Assembly (NCBI GenBank): GCA_037447605.1
Contig: CM074819.1
Coordinates: 372,001 to 436,000 of the forward strand
Length of the DNA stretch: 64,000 nucleotides
Direction: 5' to 3'
DNA from: Zygnema circumcarinatum SAG 698-1b
Lineage: Eukaryota; Plantae; Zygnematophyceae
In this document: one piece after another, positions 1 through 10,693 of the stretch
How the letters are laid out: every line of letters begins with the position of its first letter
Numbering within the stretch: position 1 is the first letter of the stretch
Notes under the pieces: model-generated
The model's database searches: none
Seen by the model: the letters and a program-made list of their open reading frames with translations, nothing else
Told to the model about the DNA's origin: nothing
Position numbers and translations under genes: made by a program

Positions 1-73
1 GCGAGCAAAAGGGTTATAATTCTTCTGCAGAGCTATCCTGATTTGTTTTGCTTGTCATGGCTATGGGGAACAG

Positions 74-3000
74 TCAAGAAAGGAAGCCATACATGCTCAT
101 CGATTTTTCAGACTCACTTCAAACCAATGTGTATGTTACAACCAGGCTTTGCACGCTTCCTTGACCCTCTTTTCTCTAATCCATCTGTGGCAAGCGATGA
201 TTCACCTGTTACCTGAGTATATTGTTTGCTAGACATGGAAGAGAGTATGCTTGTTTTTTGTCGAAAGTTGTGCTAGGCTGCCATCTAGTATCCTAAATTC
301 TCTAACAGCCTTCACAGCTGTGTGCATAGTCACATATGCAGTTTTCACTGGGGGAGTGTTTCCAAGGTGAATTACGTATATATGTTTCCACGGCATGAAA
401 ACAAGGAACGTCATGGGCCAAATGGTTGATTTTTGGTTTTGTTATGATTGCAAGGAAATAAGCAACCTGTTTGTACACATTTGGAGAATATACCGAGAAG
501 CAGTCTGATTGATATGCCTCCCTTTTGTTCTTCTCTATGCAGTTACATTCTTGGCGCTGTATTTCTGCAGCTGTGCCGAGTCCTCCGCTTGGAGCAGCAC
601 TCCCTTCTCTCCTCGCCGGTCGACCCGTCTCTGTTCATCCACCGCTTCGCTGACCGTGAGTGCTCGCGAATGCACACCGCCACACTGTCAGCCTCTCGCT
701 TTGCAGGAGAGTTTTTCCTCCAAGGAGAGACCGTGACCGTGACCGTGACCGTGACCGTGACCGTGGTGGTGAGGGCCTCCCGGGGCTCTCTCTGCTGCAG
801 GGCTCAACTTCGGCCGCAAAATGCACACAGTCGCGAACACCGCGCTGCGATTGGTGGCGGCCATGAAACGCGACTGGCTGCAGGTGGGTGGGAGCCTGCA
901 TAACTGCCACGTGGCGCTCTCACATGCCGGCATCCGGCCTGGCACACTTTCCTTTCCGTCTTTTCCCTCTAAGAGAGTTCTCACCTGGTTTCATACTCTG
1001 CTCTTCTTCTTTCTTTTTCTTGCGGGCAACTCATCGATTTGGTATTGTATGTCTTTGTGATTCCTGCATCAATTGGATATTTTGACAGGGAAGGCGATCG
1101 TGCGATTGAGATGGAGACCATAGTCATTGGTGCGAAGAGCCTTTGAACAGCTTGTTGCATGCTGCATTCTCCCTGTTGGCCCTTTTTGTGGTGTGATCCC
1201 ACCCCTAGTGAGCGGGGTCAGTGGTCGTCGCTGTGCGCAGACCGGGCGGCGGCCGAGCGGCATCTGCGGGGCGGCCATTTGGATAGCGTCGCACATCCAT
1301 GGCTTCGAGCGGTCCAAGCAGGAGGTGGTCAGTAGCCCCCTGCCTCCCGCCCTTCCTTCAAAACGTTCCGCCCGTCTGCCTCTTATTTCTATTTTAAAAC
1401 GAAGGAGAGGTGTACCAAAGCCATGTATCAATGATATGAATAAATCTGTAACACAACCTATCATGAATGCTACGATCCTGCTCATATTTGCAGCAGTAGG
1501 AAGGATATATATATCCGTGAGAAATGGCATGATGGCTGTGCTGGGCAGCAGGAATATGCAAAACACGTGGCTGCTTGTAAGCTGCTGACAATGGTGTTAA
1601 TATGGCTCTTTCCTCCTTGCAGGTGCGAGAAGTACACATTTGTGAAGCTACTCTGAAGAAGCGACTTGTGGAGTTCGAAAACACGGAGTCTGGTGGTCTC
1701 ACGGTAAGGCCGAGCACACTCACTCTTTCTCTCTCTGACACACACATTCACACAGACACGCGTTTTCAGCAGAGACTGGGTTGCAGGTTCAGGCATCTCG
1801 GGGGTATCTTGCATAGGCTGGGTTTAGGGCATGCACAACAGTGAACTTGGTGCTTGAACCAAGCAATTACTCTCGATGGCAAATCCTGAATGGAATGCCG
1901 AACCAAAACACGCACAGGTCCATTTTGTTTACGTGCTTAATCGATGCATTGAGATGTGTTTCGGCTTGATCTGAGTAGGATAGAGCACTGAATGACGGGT
2001 GATAGGGGACGAGAGTCGAGTTTCCCAGACTAGAGCTGATTTTTAATGCTTTGCATGTCAGCTTCACATGGCATGCCAGTTATTCTTGTTTTTCGAGCAG
2101 CAAAACTAACATTTTTCAACTGGACTTAAGGACCTCTGCTTTCTCACAAAAAACTCCAGTCCTGCCACTGCTGAAACTCTCTGTTGCCCTCCTTTTCAAA
2201 CTCTCGGATTCCTTCCCTCTCTCTCCTCGTTTCCTAGTTTCTTGTTTTCAGCACTCGCCGTATTTTTTGTGATTTTTTACCTGTCCACGCAGTTCTGGAA
2301 GTTGATGATCCTCTTTTGCTGTTGTCAACTTTATTTTTCCCTCAAGGTTTTATTTCGCTTGTGTCTCCTGGGGGTGGGGGGGTGGTGTTGTTGGTTTTGG
2401 GGGGGGGGGGAAAGGACCCTATGCGTTGCAGGCAGAGGAGTTTGAGGAGCGTGCCCGCGAGGTAGAGCTGCGCGGGCCGCCCTCTCTGCCCTCTCTGCCC
2501 TCTTTGGAGGGCGCAGTAGCTCCAGTCTGTGAGCACGCCGCTCTGGGGGCTCTGCATTTTGCGCATGGCCTTTGCCGCCCCTGCTATGATCAGGTACATG
2601 CTCATTTCCGCATGCACTGCCGACTAACCTCGTACTTGTGTGATATAGAGAAGAAAGTTTGCAGAGAGTTCGTCATCTGTACATTGAACAGTCCCTTCTT
2701 ATTCACTTTTCTTGAGTAGGCGCACAAATGGGCTTTATTTGGTATGCCTGTTCATATTCTATCACATGTTCGGAGCTTTTTTGGTTGAAACTATTATCAA
2801 TCACGTGCTTAATGAATCATTGCGGAGCAAGCAAGTGCTTGACGAGCATGACTTTCTTAAATTCTTTGATGTTACTCAGTTCCATTTGAAGGCCACTTCA
2901 TAGCCTCAGGCTTGGCCATGTTCATGCACTGCGTTGTTTAACAACACATTGAATGCTGATTTGTGGCAGTTCATGCAAGTCTCCGGAGGCCTCATCGGAG

Positions 3001-6000
3001 GCTCTGCCCCCCCCGCCTTTCAGCGGGCGGAGCGGCTCCGCATACAGGCGCTGGAGGCTGCCGAGCTCGCCGCTGAGGGAGAGGGAGAGGGAGAGGGAGA
3101 GGGAGAGGGAGAGGTGGATGAGGACGAGTGGGCAGCTGGCGGGCGAGGAGTGGATGAGATGGGGGCGGCTGCGAGTGGGAGGGAGGAGGGGAGTGGCGTA
3201 GGGCGGGAGAGCAGGGAGCGCTGGAAAGGGGGAGACTTGCGTGTTCGGGACGGAAATAGGAGAGCAGAAGGTGGAAGAGGGAGGGGAATAGGTCGAGGGA
3301 GAGGGAAAACGGCAGGTTGCGATAGTTGGATGGAAGGCGGAGGGGGAGATGCGACGGGTTGTGGAATACTCAGAGAGCATGGCGGTACAAAAAAACTTGG
3401 AGCATCAACACGGATTGAACAGGTATGTTTGCAACTGGTATCTGTGGGGAAGGGTGTTGTACGATTCCTTTTCCCTTCAGCTGATCCCTGAAAGCGATTC
3501 AAGTACTCATGGCTTTCCGCTTGATTGATCTCCGACAACAACTATAGTCGGCAGGCGAGGAAAGATAAAGTAATGCAGACGCTGTTGTATCATTTGCTTA
3601 GAAGGATTGGAAGAGTTTGGACTTGATTCGAATCAATTCGAATAAAGTCGATATATACCTCCCAAAACCATGATTTACGAAACCAAGTATGTCATAAATG
3701 CAGTATAGTCATAGCTGGTGTGAGGAGGGGATGTTTCTGTCGAAACAGGATGCCCGGGGATTCACCGATCCTCTGATGGCCGTGATTCCACTCGGTTACG
3801 TTCCAAAAATATAGGTTTTAACAAAGTACAAATTTTTCTTTTACTTTATGAACCCCCCACTTTATGCTTGTCCTATGGCTGTTGCTACATTTCTCGTGTT
3901 AGTGGGTGCGAAGCTCCATAAACTGTTCTGATAGTTGCGTCGTTGGAAAGGTGCGGTTGGATCTACAGAATGATGTTTTTGGGACTCACAAGCTTTAGCC
4001 ATTCCGTGCCGCTCTGCTTCGCTCGTTTTGCGTGCGAACCATAGCTGTATGAAGCTCGGGGAGGCTTTTTTTCAGAGTATGCAAAAGCTGTGTGTTTCGT
4101 CATATGACGTGCCCGTGCCTGTTCTGAAGGCACAAAATATCAAAGGCATAGAAGAGGAAAAGCGAAAGAAGGAGAAGGGAGGAAACTTCATCCATGCCCG
4201 TTGGATGTTGCGAGGAGCTGACGTTTGTTGCGGATGGGGGTTTGTCCCTGTAGTCTGGCATACGAACATTCTTGCCGCTTTATATAAAATGAGTTGCTTG
4301 TCATGACATGAATTTTGAAGTAAAGTGGTGCTGAAACTTCGTTTGGAAAAAGTATTGGTCGACTACAGCAAGACTGAGACCAGGGGTTTGTGCTTGATTG
4401 ATCACTATGTTAGTTCCTATATGCACACGCTTTGGGTGGCTCTTCTTGGGGTTCAGGAACTGGAGGCTGCCCTCGGATCTGCGGAATTGCGGGAGTTGGC
4501 GGTTGCGCACTCGCTTCAGCCCCCTCCCTTCCCTTCCTATGCGCACATAGGCGCTCGGCCTCCGGCACAGCTCAGAGCAGCAGATGAGACCCACGTCTCG
4601 CACGTGAGCCCAGGGCTAAGGGCGGAGGGGGGTTTGGCGCACAGTGCAGAGGAGGGGGATGGGCGTGGAGGTGCGGAAGGCCCTCCTTGGCTGCCTGCAG
4701 GAGATGCGGATGAAGGACTGAACACCAATAGCGTGCGAGGGCCACACGTGGAGGCGAGGCAAAGCAGGGACGAGCATGCAGATGGGGCAAGGACTTTGGA
4801 TGAGGGGAGACCAATGCACGGCGAGGGAGAAGGGGAGGTGGAAGTGGAGGAGCAAGAAGACAAACGGGAAGAGAACAGTGAGGAGGAAGAAGCAGACGAA
4901 AGGAAGGAGACCCTGTCCGATATTGACGATGAGGAGGTGAGTTTCTAGGCTTCTGGAGTCATGGGACGTATGGGAGATGCCCGTGGTTTCTGAATCTGTT
5001 CTCCTCCCCTCCTCATTTGTACTCCTCCTTTGAAGTAGTCTTGGCACCGCTTGGATTCTGTTGTAGCGCGTGCTTATTGCCAATAGTTTATTCCTAGCAG
5101 ACTCCTCCTGCTTTTTCAGGTTAGTTCTTATGCTTTTCTTCTTTTGGAATATTTTCAGGCCTTGTTTCATGTTTCACACCATAATCCGGTTCTTGGTTTG
5201 GACTACCCAGGTGGAGCACTATCTGCTGAATGAAAGTGAGGTGAAAGCAAAGACACGTGTTTGGATGGAATTGAACAAGGAGTATCTGGAAGAGCAGGCT
5301 GCAAAGGAGGCCGCCATGGAGGCCACCAAGGAAGCAGCCGCAAAGGCTTTGGAGGCCGCCGCCGCCAGTGACGCCGGGGCGGCGGAGATCGCCGCAGCCG
5401 CCGCCCTTGCAGTGGAGAAGATGAAGCTTGTACTGCCTCGCAACTCGGCCCTCGCTTCTGCCATGCCATGGCCGAAGCTCGTCTCGTGCAGTAGGCAGCG
5501 AGTTGCAAGATTGGATCCCAATTTGCAGCCAGTTCAGCTTTGAACCATGAAGCATGCTGGCCTTGCTCCTTTTGGCGCTCTTCCGCCCTAAAGTTCTAAA
5601 AAATTGTGTTTGAGGTTAAGATTCTGCTTAACATTTGAATCTTCAATGGCTACAAGTTAAGGACTTGCAGCTGTGGTCATGTGCTGAGTTACCATTTCTC
5701 GGTGAGGGCCGATCCATCTATATTTATTTATTTTTTATTGACATTTTTTTTCCTGTTCCTGACGTGTGTCTGCTATCTCATGCACTCGTCTCCCATCCAT
5801 TCATGCTGGATATTCGATTTCGGGTTTCGAGGACAGGAGCGCAGGCAGAGGCGAGCTGAAAATGCGCAGGGAGGCACTCAGAGAAGGAAGCCGCGTACAG
5901 CCGCGGAGGCAACACACCTTATGCTCTCAAAAAAGGTAAGACGGTTTTTTGATGCGTGCTATTTGTAATTAAGGGAGTCCCCCTCTGGATAGCTCTCTCC

Positions 6001-6476
6001 TTTTCCTCTCCCGCGAGTCCTGAATTTGTTCCCGTCTTCTCAATCCCTTGCAGAAATTGAGCTCAAAGGTTAACTACACAGCGCTTGCATCACTCTTTTC
6101 AGAGGACGCTTCGCAAGGAGCAGGGCTGGATGGAAATGACGCAGGGGGGAGAGCAGTCGCTTCCACGAGCCACGTGTCCGTTCAAAGGTCGGCCAAGATG
6201 TCGTCTGAGGACGACATGAAGCAAAGCAGCCGAGGACCTGCAGAGGCGCACCTGCCCCGGAAGAGAGAGCAGCCAGACGACGGCATTGCGTCACGCGACA
6301 TGCAAGGAGGCAAGCGAATGCGCTCGCATGACGATGGCCTGGTGGACACGAAAGGCGGCGAAGGGGAGGATTGGGACGGGCATGGGGAATACGGCTACGA
6401 GTTGCCAATGGCTGAGAACATTGAGGCGGGCGCATATGATGACGGGGGATTGGAAACTGATGAGTACCTTTATTGA
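74..6476 (+). CDS. BRF1: TFIIIB subunit BRF1 (TFIIB-related factor), 5'-truncated by the window start; about 11 exons
   Basis: GT-AG spliced exons: 74-130 (ERKPYMLIDFSDSLQTNV), 543-655 (YILGAVFLQLC..VDPSLFIHRFAD), 801-883 (VANTALRLVAAMKRDWLQ), 1241-1327 (TGRRPSGICGAA), 1623-1703 (VHICEATLKKRLVEFENT), ~2433-2593, 2970-~3115, 4457-4937 (ETLSDIDDEE), 5211-~5429 (YLLNESEVKAKTRVWMELNKEYL), 5837-5935, 6054-6476 (KLSSKVNYTALASLF). These match the BRF1 cyclin repeat and C-terminal TBP-binding motifs as I recall them. Extra exons between 3115 and 4457 cannot be excluded. Confidence 0.93.
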
Positions 6477-6773
6477 AAGTACTAAGCAACCTAAAATGTG
6501 TGGGCTTATGTTGGTTTAGCCCAATTAAATAACGATAACCCAAGGCCGAGAACACGTTCGGAGAACGTTCCACCTTTAATCCTTTTAGCCGCGCTGGCGG
6601 TGCCGTTTGTCTGCATGCCGCGCCAGCAGTGGCGCAGCTAAGAAGGATTGGCGATGATCCAGAAAAGGCTAAAATCTCAGCCCTCACTATTGCGGTCTAA
6701 GCCATACCACCCGATTCTGCTGAAATTTCCTGAACACGAGAGCCGACCAAACAAGAAAAAATAGCGAAAACCG

Positions 6774-9700
6774 CTTTTAGGGTTTTGCGAGGTTTTAGGG
6801 TTTTTGGTTTTGAGGTTGCAGGTTAGCAGGGTTATAGGGTTTTCAGGGTTTTAGGGTTTAGGGTTGTGGCAAGGGTTTTAGGGTTTAGGGTTTTGGGGTT
6901 TTACCCAGGGAGTTTTAGGTTTTGGGGTTTTTAAGGGTTTTAGGGTTTCTGGGTTTTAGGGTTTTAGGGTCTTTAGGGTTTTACTAGGGTTTTTAGGGTT
7001 TTAGGGTTTTAGGGTTTAGGGTTTTAGGGTTTTGAGTTTTAGGGTTTTAGGGTTTTAGGGTTTTAAGTTTTTCGGGTTTTGGAGTTTTACAAGGTTTTAG
7101 GGTTTTGGGGTTTTAAGGGTTTTAGGGTTTTAAGTTTTAGGGTTTTAGGGTTTTAGGGTTTTAGGGTTTTTAGGGTTTTAGGGTTTTAGGGTTTTAGGGT
7201 TTTTGGGGTTTTAGGGTTTTACTAGGGTTTTTAGGGTTTTAGGTTTTAGGGTTTTAGGGTTTTAGGGTTTTAGGGTTTTAGGGTTTTTAGGGTTTAGGGT
7301 TTTAAGTTTTAGGGTTTTTAGGGTTTTAGGGTTTTAGGGTTTAGGGTTTAGGGTTTTTAGGGTTTTTAGGGTTTTTAGGGTTTAGGGTTTTTTAGGGTTT
7401 TAGGGTTTTTAGGGTTTTAGGGTTTTAGGGTTTTGAGTTTTTAGGGTTTTAGGGTTTTAGGGTTTAGGGTTTTAGGGGTTTTAGGGTTTTTGGTTTTAGG
7501 GTTTTAAGGGTTTTAGGGTTTTTAGGGTTTTAAGTTTTAGGGTTTTAGGTTTTAGGAGGTTTTTTAGGGTTTTAGGGTTTTAGGGTTTTAGGGTTTTAGG
7601 GTTTTAGGGTTTTTAGGGTTTTTGGGTTTTGCAGGGTTTTAGGGGTTTTAAGGTTTTCAGGGTTTTAAGGAGTTTTAGGGTTTTAGGTTTTAGGGTTTTA
7701 GGGTTTTTGGGTTTTGGGTTTTAAGGTTTTAGGGTTTTAGGGTTTTAGGGTTTTAGGGTTTTAAGGTTTTAGGAGTTTTAGGGTTTTAGGGTTTTAGGGT
7801 TTTAGGGTTTTAGGGTTTTAGGGTTTTAGGGTTTTAAGGGTTTTAAAGTTTTTAGGGTTTTAGGGTTTTAGGGTTTTAGGTTTTAGGGTTTTAGGGTTTT
7901 AAGGGTTTTAGGGTTTTAGGGTTTTGGGAGTTTTAGGGTTTTAGGGTTTTAGGGTTTTAAGATTTTAGGGGTTTTAAGTTTTAGTTTAGTTTTGGGGTTT
8001 TAGAGTTTTCAGGGTTTTAGTTTCAGGGTTTTTGGTTTTAAAGTTTTTCCCAGGGTTTTAGGGTTTGAGGTTCCAAGTTTTAGGGTTTTAGGGTTTCAGG
8101 TTTCTTTGGAGTTTGGGTTTTAGGGTTTTAGGGTTTCGGGTTTCTAGGGTTTTAAAGTTTCCAAGTTTTAGGTTTTAGGGTTTTTAAGATTTCCCAGGTT
8201 TGGGGTTTAGGAGTTTTAAGGTTTAAGGTTTGCGGTTTTAGGGTTTTAAGTTTTAGGGTTTTAGGGTTTTAGGTTTTAGGGTTTTAAGGGTTTGGGGTTT
8301 TAGGGTTTTAGGGTTTTAGGGTTTTAGGGTTTTGGGTTTTACCCAGGTTTTAGGGTTTTAGGGTTTTAGGGTTTTTAGGGTTTTTAGGGTTTTAGGGTTT
8401 TAAGGTTTGCAAGTTTGGAGTTTTAGGTTTTGGGTTTTAGGGTTTTAGGGTTTTTGGGTTTTCGAGGGTTTTGGGGTTTTGGGTTTTAGGGTTTTAGGGT
8501 TTTTAGGGGTTTTAGGGTTTTAGGGTTTTAGGGTTTTAAGGGTTTTAGGGTTTTAGGGTTTTAGGAGTTTTAGGGTTTTAGGGTTTTAGGGTTTTAGGGT
8601 TTTTAGGGTTTTAGGGTTTTAGGGTTTTTAGGGTTTTAAGGGTTTTTAGGGTTTTTTAGGGTTTTTGGGGTTTTTAGGGTTTTTAGGGTTTTTAGGGTTT
8701 TAAGGGTTTTAGGGGTTTTAGGGGTTTTAGGGGTTTTAGGGGTTTTAGGGGTTTTTGGGGGTTTTGGGGTTTTACTAGGGTTTTAGGGTTTTTAGGGTTT
8801 TTAGGGTTTTTAGGGTTTTAGGGTTTTAGGGTTTTAGGGTTTTAGGGTTTTAGGGTTTTAGGGTTTTAGGGTTTTTAGGGTTTTAGAGGTTTTAGGGTTT
8901 TAGGGTTTTTAGGGTTTTTAGGGTTTAGGGTTTGGAGTTTAGGGTTTTAGGGTTTTAGGGTTTTAGGGTTTTGAGTTTTAGGGTTTTAGGGTTTTAGGGT
9001 TTTAGGGTTTTTAGGGTTTTAGGGTTTTAGGGTTTTGGGTTTTAGGTTTTAGGGTTTTAGGGTTTAGGGTTTTAGGGTTTTAAGGTTTTGGTTTTAGGGT
9101 TTTAGGAGTTTAAGGGTTTTCGGTTTTAAGGAGTTTTAGGGTTTTTACAGGGTTTTAGGGTTTTAGGGTTTTTAGGGTTTTTAGGGTTTTTAGGGTTTAG
9201 GGTTTTAGGGTTTTGGGTTTTAGGGTTTTTGGGTTTTAGGGTTTTAGGGTTTTAGGGTTTTAGGGTTTTAGGGTTTTAGGGTTTTAGGGTTTTGGGTTTT
9301 ACCCCCACAGGGTTTTAGGGTTTTAGGGTTTAGGGTTTTTGGGTTTTTTTTTTGGGTTTTTTGGGTTTTTTGGGTTTTTTTTTAGGGTTTTTAGGGTTTT
9401 TGGGTTTTTGGGTTTTTGGGTTTTTTGGGTTTTTGGGTTTTTGGGTTTTTGGGTTTTTAGGTTTTTTTTTTGGGTTTTTTGGGTTTTTGGGTTTTTGGGT
9501 TTTTGGGTTTTGGGTTTTAAGTTTTAGGGTTTTAGGGTTTTTAGGGTTTCCCAAGGTTTAGGGTTTTTGGGTTTTTTGGTTTTTTGGGTTTTTGGGTTTT
9601 TGGGTTTTTTGGGTTTTGGGGTTTTTAGGGTTTAGGGTTTTTAGGGTTTTAGGGTTTTTGGGGTTTTTAGGGTGTAGGGTTTTTAGAGTTTTAGGGTTTT

Positions 9701-10019
9701 TATCGTTTTTAGAGTTTTAGGGTTTTACTAGGGTTTTAGGGTTTTAAGGGTTTTAGGGTTTTTAAGGTTTTTGGGTTTTAGGGTTTTAGGGTTTTTGGGT
9801 TTTAGGGTTTTAGGGTTTAGTTTTAAGTTTTAGGAGTTTAGGGTTTTAGGGTTTTAGAGGTTTTAAGGTTTTGGGGTTTTAGGGTTTTAGGGTTTTAGGG
9901 TTTTAGGGTTTTAGGGTTTTGCAGGGTTTTAAGGTTTTTTGGGGTTTTAGGGTTTTGGGGTTTTGGGTTTTAGAGGTTTTAGTTTTCAGGGTTTTTGGGT
10001 TTTGGGAGTTTCCCAGGTT
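6774..10019 (+). repeat. Telomere-type tandem array, mainly TTTTAGGG with T3/T5 and other variants; G-rich strand on +
   Basis: About 3.2 kb of near-continuous T(3-5)AGGG units directly visible, ending at a 100-N gap. Confidence 0.97.
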
Positions 10020-10119
10020 NNNNNNNNNNNNNNNNNNNNNNNNNNNNNNNNNNNNNNNNNNNNNNNNNNNNNNNNNNNNNNNNNNNNNNNNNNNNNNNNN
10101 NNNNNNNNNNNNNNNNNNN
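10020..10119. other. 100-N scaffold gap (further 10-N gaps at 33021, 35475, 41625, 45659, 47321, 48533, 49552, 57977, 62345)
   Basis: N runs in the sequence. Confidence 0.99.
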
Positions 10120-10693
10120 AACACACCTTCACCAGCCTTCCAGCTGCTGCGGCAGAGGCAAATGGTATCCAGCCTCAGTGGGTAGAAACGACTTGCAGTC
10201 GAATCCATTTGCGATATATCCCGACACTCAGCACTTGAATACCCCAAATTGAGCTATCTAGTTCACTTTAGAGAAGACCACTCGTCCAGATTTCTAGTTC
10301 ATCTGATTAAATGTCAATCTCCCTAAGAGTTTGACCCTGCACAGCCCTTACTATTTACTAACAGACATTTCATCTGCAGGCACTTCTACAAAAGGACCAC
10401 CCCCCCTCCCCTTCCCTTTCTTTCCGTCAACATTCAAGCCTCCCTGCACCCAACACCGCCAACTCCGCCAAGGCCGAAACCAACCACAACAAACCGCAAA
10501 TCACAAGCCGGAAGGTACACTCCGTCGTCTCCTAAACCACTTTCATTTTACACCTCCAGACAGGCCCGGCCAATTTGGCCACCGCTGGTTAATCAATTAC
10601 ATCATTAAACCTTTTTCTTGGAACCAAAAAAGCGCTGACACTAATTTAAACCTAGTTTTTCTCGTGCTCTATGTTACTCTCTACCATTCACGT

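Noticed and set aside
229-414. ORF with IHLGNTPPVK, faintly like a retrotransposon pol linker
   Set aside because: No RT, RNase H or integrase motifs or LTRs; lies in a BRF1 intron.
9330-10252. ORFs rich in F/G/L/W or K/P/N
   Set aside because: Translations of the telomeric array and across the N gap.
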